DNA of 64,000 nucleotides from Eledone cirrhosa. Lineage: Eukaryota. Position numbers and translations under genes: made by a program. Shown piece by piece: positions 56,800 through 64,000 of this stretch; the first letter of the stretch is position 1; every line of letters starts with the position of its first letter. The notes beneath the pieces were generated by a model. That model was not told the origin of the DNA, did no database searches, and saw nothing but the letters and a program-made list of their open reading frames with translations. The DNA is taken from the NCBI GenBank assembly GCA_964016885.1, contig OZ024742.1, positions 257,982,001 through 258,046,000 on the forward strand, read 5' to 3'.

Positions 56800-57410
56800 C
56801 ACTGTTGAGTACATTGAGACTAAGCAGCTGAACATATGATACAATCTTTTAACATCTCCGAGTTCCTGAAGGACATTCCCTTACGCAACAAAAAGAAGTA
56901 CACTAGATAGCTGATCCTTCAAACGGAGTGGTTTATACGCGGTGGAAGGCCCTTCCATTAGGATAGGAAAACCCCACCAATTATGTGAACACTGGCAACC
57001 AGGACTCTACGTTCGGTTTTAAATCTAGGTAAAACCCTCCGGAAAAAAAATTATGGAGGGCTTTGAGAAAGAGATGGCCAATATTATTTCGGGCGTTAAA
57101 TTCAAGACGTCCATTCCAAGTAGCAGCACCACCTCAGGAAACTAGCGAATATAATTTCTACGCTTAAACGCTAATCGGAATTCTCATGCGGATAAAACGG
57201 GTAACCTCAACAACATGGACGCAGTAATTCATAGAAGACTATATACTAAATGAGCTTCGAAAAGATTATTGGAAAACTTCGCAGGCTAGCCTTAACGACA
57301 TCAACAAGCAGATTAATAACATAGTTAATAAACTCAATATTGCGGATAGGACCGTGCCCGACCAATTCAGAGAACCCCGTATTTTGCTGACGGATTACAA
57401 AACAAACTTG
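56800..57410 (+). mobile_element. Decayed Naiad-like PLE N-terminal fragment
   Basis: HADKTGNL near 57186 and IVNKLNIADRT near 57320, matching the 27470-27650 region. Confidence 0.55.
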
Positions 57411-57430
57411 GGAACAGACTTATCATTCTT

Positions 57431-57466
57431 TCTTCTGATGAAGGACAAGCGTCCGAAACTTTAAGA
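57431..57466 (+). ncRNA. Minimal type I hammerhead
   Basis: UCUU-CUGAUGA-A-GGAC-AAGC-GUCC-GAAAC-UUU/AAGA. Confidence 0.7.
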
Positions 57467-57720
57467 CTATCTTCCTGCTATATCAAGCGTTAACCTAATA
57501 TATGCCTTCCATATACTGTACCGGTTGTGTTGTTATTTCTTTTCACCTTTTACATATATATATATATATATATTTTTTTTTTAGTATATGTTGGTTGTTT
57601 ACCGATACCTAAGTATGCAGATTGAAGCACTCGACGAAGAACGCTGGCTGGTTTGTTTACTCCGGTGTAATGTAAAATAATTAAATCAAATATGTAAAAT
57701 TTGGTTTCGTTTATTATAAA

Positions 57721-58902
57721 CTAGCAATGTATCCCGGTTTTGCACGGGTAAGAACATTGGTAATAGCACCTCCAATGAGAAATGTTTATTTGTGAGTACC
57801 TGTTAAAAACTCACGAAAATATACCGACAGGAATCTTGTTTTATTTGGAGAAAATTAAGAAGTTGAAAGTACAGTTTAGCTGTCTACGTGCATTGTTCAT
57901 AGCAATATTGTTGAGCCCCTTCTTTTTATACTCTTCTGTTTTGGCCTATTGGTGTAAATGTCAAAGAGAAAATCACAGGTTAAGTTGGCAGAAGGGTCCA
58001 GTGCAATAACAGTAAGGCGTTGGCTACTTACCTCAAAAGTTCATTCGCACTCTTTCCACTAAATTACTCTTTCTCTCTATCCCTGTCGGTGTAGACCCAT
58101 GCGAATTTCTCGCGTAGGCCTAGTGTAGATTTGCACCCGATCCATCTGCCCGATGCACATGTCCGCTTTGTACGGCTTTTGGAGGAAGGAGTGACCAGCA
58201 GAACGTTGTTCGGTATTATTACGAAAAGGTGTAGCACAGAATGCCGCGTGAAATAACAGCACGGGAGGAAACTGCTTGCCTCGAAGATTCCTTGGCCATC
58301 GTTCTTGTCAACGTTCCGTTTATTTGATATTTGTTCGTCTACAGTTAGATGAATGGCGCACAAAGGGTTAATGTTTATTGGAAAGAAGTGTCAACTCGGC
58401 TGGCTTGCCTCACTTATATTATATATTAAAATAACTGATTAAAGTGTAAGCAACGAATCGCTGCTTTCACCCTTAACGGGATCATCTGAAACTAAAAAGA
58501 TCAATATGTGAACGCAGAAGTAAATATTTCGAAAAATGTTTCAAACGAAATAAAAACAGGAAGACGATACTTTGGTTCGTGAAGGCGTTCCCTTGCAATG
58601 GACGGAAAATAGCGAAGATAATACATCATCAATGTTTGTCATAATGTCGTAATGAAGACAACCAGACATACAGAAAGATATGATAAGGGCGCGACGGAGA
58701 TCGATTCCCAGTGCCTAACACACCTTTAACAACAGAAAATTGAAAATAAAAAGCTGCACTTAATATCTTTAGACCGCAAGGAATATATAAATGCAAGTTT
58801 GAAGTCAATCGGAGAAGAATTGTGGATTTGTATAGACTTTGCAAAAATGAGGATACACACACACATACAACTACAGTTTTATATATATGTACATATGATA
58901 GA
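57721..58902 (-). mobile_element. Non-autonomous Helitron nested in a hammerhead-bearing repeat
   Basis: Minus strand A|TC...hairpin cccgtgcaaaaccggg + 8 nt + CTAG|T. The flanks rejoin to match 35240-35530. Confidence 0.7.
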
Positions 58903-59148
58903 TATACTGCTATATATATTTCATGGACAGCCATCATTGGCTGTGACCTCTTCAGAGAGTCTGAATTGGTGAGGGAAAGACAGGTAAACATGTTGTTGAA
59001 GTGTGTTTTACTCCGTCAATACATCGATATGTCCAGCTCCTGGTTGTGTTGTTATTCCTCTGAGAAACTGGAATCATAGCAGTTTATCCAAATCATAGCA
59101 GTTAAGCCAAATTTTACATATTTGATTAAATTATTTTATATATATATG

Positions 59149-59380
<232 letters not shown>

Positions 59381-59389
59381 AGGAAATTG

Positions 59390-62074
59390 TAGTTTACTTG
59401 AAGCATTTCGTAAAGAGCTAGAAACTTTTGGATTTGGAAGGGCAAGACAATGTGGGTATGGATATAGAATATATATACAAATGCAAGAGATATTGTTGAC
59501 AATTTGTCTTTTACCCTAAGTAGGTGTGTGTGTGTGTGTGAGTGTGAGAGGATATGACTAAATGTAAATATGGAGGCTAGTTGCTCTATCATGTTAAAAA
59601 TGGTCTTTAGGTGTGTATGTGTGTGTGAGAGAGAATAAGTCCACCGTGTATGTCCGTCGGATGGAGGTCGTAGCAGTGGATGTCCTCCGCAACCACGCAG
59701 TCCATCAATAAATCGACAGCTGGATGAGCGGGGACTGTAGTGTAGAGTGAGACAACGTTGAGGCTAAAGGCGTATCTATTTAATTTAAGTTGTTCTGGCT
59801 GGAGTTGGTGTAGTCTACGTATGACCTCGTGGGAGCTACTGACATGCCCGGGAAAGGTGGAGAGTAGAGACTTGAGGACCTGGGAGTGGAGTCAGGAGAT
59901 TTTGTATAGGGGTCTTTCTAGAGACGATGGATCTTATTTGTGTCTTAGTACTATTCGTGTGGGTCTTAATGAGGTCATAGAAAGTGGGAAGTCTGCTATT
60001 TCTAGTGTTGTAGTTGAACTTAAATTTGTTTGGGAGTTGTCTTCTCCTACAGATGTCGAACCAGATGGAGTTGGCCTGATTTTCGATCTGGGTTGCAGTC
60101 ATGTCCGGGATCTCTGTATATAGTTCGTTGTCGCTTAGGTGTTCAAAGGCTAGGTTGTTGTATGTGGCTTGAGAGATGACCCAACATTCTACTCCCTGAG
60201 GACCTGTGGAATAGGGAACTCATATACTTACCATCCGACAAAGGTTCCTCCCCCAGGTCCTCAAGCCTCTACTCTCCACCTTTCCCGGGCATCTCAGTAG
60301 CTCCCACTAGGTCATACGTAGACTACACCAACTCCAGCCAGAACAACTTAAATTAAAGAGATACGCCTTTAGCCTCGACGTTGTCTCCCTCTACACTACA
60401 GTGCCCGCTCATCCAGCTGTCGAGTTATTGACGGACTGCGTGGTCGCAGAGGACATCCACTGCTACGGCCTCCATCCAACTTACATACACCAGATTTTGT
60501 CCTTCACAGTGGACAACACTTACTTCACCTTCCACCACCACACATACAGACAGACAACAGGATTACCCATGGGATCCAGCCTATCGAGCCTGCTGGCCAT
60601 CACCTATATGAACCAGCTAGAATGCCGCCCTCAACACCTGCCATTCTATACCGTCTTCACCCGATATGAAGATGACATACTCATCCTTACATCATCCCGT
60701 GAGGAAGCGGATAACATATCCACGACATTCTCCAGCATGGATGCCTGTATAAAGTTCAGCACGGAACACCCCGATAACCGCAGATCTCTATCCCTACTGG
60801 AGTTCCAACTCAGGGTAACAGAGGAAGGCAACATCCAGACCAGCTTCTATAAAAAAGCTGCCAGCGGGGACCTACTCGTACATTTCAGATCGGCCCTCCC
60901 ACGCAGCGTTAAGTTCGAATACATAAGGAACGAATTAACACGTATCCGGAACAAATGCACCGACCGACACAATAGACCGAGACACACACACCACACATTT
61001 CCTGGAAGTACTTAAACTGAACGGATACCCGACGTCCACCGCGAACCGTGGCAGAAACAACAGAGGACACAACACCCGAGGCACTAACACCTGCTTCCAG
61101 CACTTCAGTGACGAAGCAACAACAGCCATCCGCAGAGCTATCAGACGAGAGGGACTAGTTATCCAACCAGCCCACTCAGGACTTTCTCTACGCGGACAGC
61201 TAACCAAAAGACACTCCACCAGACATGACAGCCACTGCAGGCTGGCCAACTACCCCATCAACGACACATACGTATGAGACCAGGCTTACGTCGTATACAG
61301 TCTAGAGTGCGACAAATGCAGCAATTTCTACATAGGTAGCACCACCAGGCCACTTCACATAAGAATAAAAGAACACCTCAATACTAACGCTTCCTCATTT
61401 AAGAAACACTTAGTGAAATACAAAAACATAACAGTTAGCATAGAAGATAAGGAAAGAGACCTCGGCAATCTTAGAATTAAGGAAGCACTGATTATAGACA
61501 AAACACAACCACCAATCAGACTAGACTAGAACTCAACACCCAATTGTTAACATGATAGAGCACCTAGCCCCACAGTTACCCCCCACCCCTCTCTCACACA
61601 CACACACGCTTACTACCCCACTTATTCTCTCTCACACACATACACACACACAAAGACCAGTTGTAACATGATAGAGTATCTAGCCCATACATTTACATAT
61701 AGACATATCCCCTCACACTCACACACACACATACACGCATACTTACACCTTCACGTATTATCCCACACACTTAAACATACACGTACAAAATCCCGTTTAA
61801 AGGGAGACAACTCTTTGTCCACCTAACCTTCTCTCTTTGATATTAGAGATAGAATGGAATCTCTATACCATTTCCTGTCAGCATGACTTGGCAAGCTAAT
61901 TAGAACACTGGATTAACCCCTTTACTTCCCTCCGAAGATGAGATATTATCTTGAAAATTAATGATATTCAAATAAATTTAATGTAAAAGACTAATTGTCA
62001 ACAATATCTTTTGCATTTGTATTTATATTCTATATCCATACCTGCATCGTCTTGGCCTTCCAACTCCAAACGTT

Positions 62075-62080
<6 letters not shown>
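59390..62080 (+). mobile_element. Penelope-like element (RT + GIY-YIG) with upstream inverted segments
   Basis: ORF 60401-61015 (YRQTTGLPMGSSLS, RYEDDIL). GIY-YIG at ~61290-61550. 59645-59885 inverts 60255-60480, and 59410-59640 inverts parts of the 3' pLTR. Confidence 0.88.
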
Positions 62081-62108
<28 letters not shown>

Positions 62109-62170
62109 GCGGCGACGAATTAGTTTTGCGAGGTTTTTTATATGAAATCGTGTGTCGAAACAAATATTGT

Positions 62171-62340
62171 TATACTTGGGGAGGATCATATTTGTGTAAT
62201 ATTGCCAGAATTGGCAACATTGAGGACCGAGTAAGTTAGATTACCGATATAAAAGACACAGAAGCCAGAAGCGAAAACCAACCTTACAGTGTGTTCTGTT
62301 ATTAATTCTGGCAATATTACACAAATATGACCCTCCCCAA

Positions 62341-62345
<5 letters not shown>
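62171..62345. repeat. ~42-bp terminal inverted repeats around a ~90-bp spacer, with a ~60-bp tail on the left, between (TA)n
   Basis: tatacttggggaggatcatatttgtgtaatattgccagaatt pairs with aattctggcaatattacacaaatatgaccctccccaagtata. Confidence 0.8.
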
Positions 62346-62405
<60 letters not shown>

Positions 62406-62409
62406 TAAT

Positions 62410-62958
62410 AGAATATAAAAGAAAAAGAAAAACGAACTCAGGCATATGCATATATGTGTTCAAATCGTAAGGGACCGGATTCGCTAGGATGTAAAGAATA
62501 CAAACTTTAAACAAGTAGGTTTGCTTGTCTCAATTTAAGAAAAAATTAAGAAAATAAATACAAACCGGAATGGTGGTAACTACCAATCATCCAGACTACT
62601 TGTTGTTGTTTCGCAATGTTAATTGTGAATAGAATTACCAACTCAAGCTCATCAGTGGGTGATGAATTAGTATCCTAGACACTTCTAGGGATATTAAGAA
62701 ACTGAATAGTGTGCTCTATATAAAATAGCGCACATGGTATCCTGATGAGCTTGAATTGGTAATTATATTCACAATTAACATTGCGAAACAAACAAGTTGT
62801 CTGGGTGACTTGTATTTATTTTCTTAATTGTTTTCTTAAATTGAGACAGGCAAACCTTATTGTCTATAGTTAGTATTCTTTTTACCTTAGCGAATCTGGT
62901 CCCTTACGATTTGAACACATATATGTATATGTCGGTGTTCGTTTTTCTTTTATATTCA
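62410..62958. mobile_element. ~230-bp inverted repeat with outward-facing hammerheads (62586-62663 minus; 62742-62808 plus)
   Basis: Consensus UCACCCA-CUGAUGA-GC..32 nt..GC-GAAAC-AAC..GUU-GUC/UGGGUGA. Flanked by (TA)n. Confidence 0.82.
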
Positions 62959-63046
62959 ATTATAATATACGGCTTGGAAATATCTTTTTCCTAGAGCTAT
63001 TTTGTCGTAAGAGACTATTTTGAGTTCCTAACTTAATATATACCTT

Positions 63047-63099
<53 letters not shown>

Positions 63100-63103
<4 letters not shown>

Positions 63104-63600
63104 AATATATATATATAAAGTAGAATTCAGCTTCGACATGGCTATATACAAATATGTATATGAATTCCGTATCTACATATATACGGTATGTTTATATATA
63201 AATATTTAGAAAGCCACATCTATGAACAGAAGACTAGTGGATAGCGCCACGGTGTGGTATCCAGCAGAAGCAAGGTGGAATACTGTCTATGCATTTCGAA
63301 CTCAATGATCTTCATCGGGACAATGCTTCCCTCTTGACATTGCTGGACTTTGAAACAGGCAAAAATATAGTTTTTTCCTCCATGTAAATGGGCTGCTTTC
63401 CATCATTTGCGTACGAAGATGTATACATTGGCTCAACTTAAAATATAATTAGAATTTAGCTTCGACATAACTGTATAAATATATGTATGTGGATCTTGTA
63501 TATCTAAATATATACGGTATGTTTATGAATACACATTTTGATATTCACAGTTATGAATAGAAGACTGGTGGTCAGCGCCGCCAAGAGGTGTCCAGCACAA
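63100..63600 (-). mobile_element. Partial-tandem non-coding repeat (~335-bp period) with a minimal hammerhead at 63284-63322
   Basis: 63120-63265 repeats at 63450-63598. Motif UGUC-CCGAUGA-AGAUC-AUU-GAGUUC-GAAA-UGCA-UA/GACA (U4C). Confidence 0.6.
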
Positions 63601-64000
63601 TCGAGAGCGATAACTGGTGTGTGTGTGAGAGAGAGAGCGTGTTTGTTTGTGTGCGTTTGTGTGTGTGTGTATGTGTGTGTGCAAACGGAAACAAAGTAAA
63701 TACACAGCACAATGAAAGAATATATTTGTTTAACTTTTGATATTGTAGTAAATGTGTCTGTAGGTTTGGACACTAGTTCTTCATCAGAAGATACAATAAG
63801 AAATAAAATGTGAAATAGAAAGAGTGCATGAGAAGAAATAGGAACGAAAACGAATCTTGAGAAAAAGCTCGTGTGTATTCAGTCAGTTTAAATTCAAGTT
63901 ATTCCGACAGATTTTGACAATGAAAAATATTCGAATGTGTTGGGTATATACAATTCCAGAATGTGGACTGCATCACCTTTGTCCCACAGATATAATGTTA

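Overview
AT-rich, microsatellite-dense eukaryotic non-genic DNA. The recurrent tRNA-type SINE resembles octopus SINEs, so a cephalopod source is inferred but not proven. No host protein-coding exon could be supported. Bases 1-12.7 kb hold a head-to-tail array of Tx1/L1-clade non-LTR retrotransposons with (GATA)n at every junction. The rest is decayed Penelope-like elements (PLEs) with direct and inverted pseudo-LTRs, R4/Dong, CR1/L2 and RTE fragments, Helitrons and SINEs. There are also more than a dozen hammerhead ribozyme (HHR) motifs, many with expanded domain II or in outward-facing inverted pairs. The most striking signal is a ~100-nt RNA motif found in five copies from two divergent non-coding repeat families. 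It carries all hammerhead core elements in a non-circularly permuted (cleavage strand -> GAAA -> CUGANGA), multi-pseudoknotted order, supported by compensatory base changes. All pairings were deduced by eye and no activity is demonstrated.
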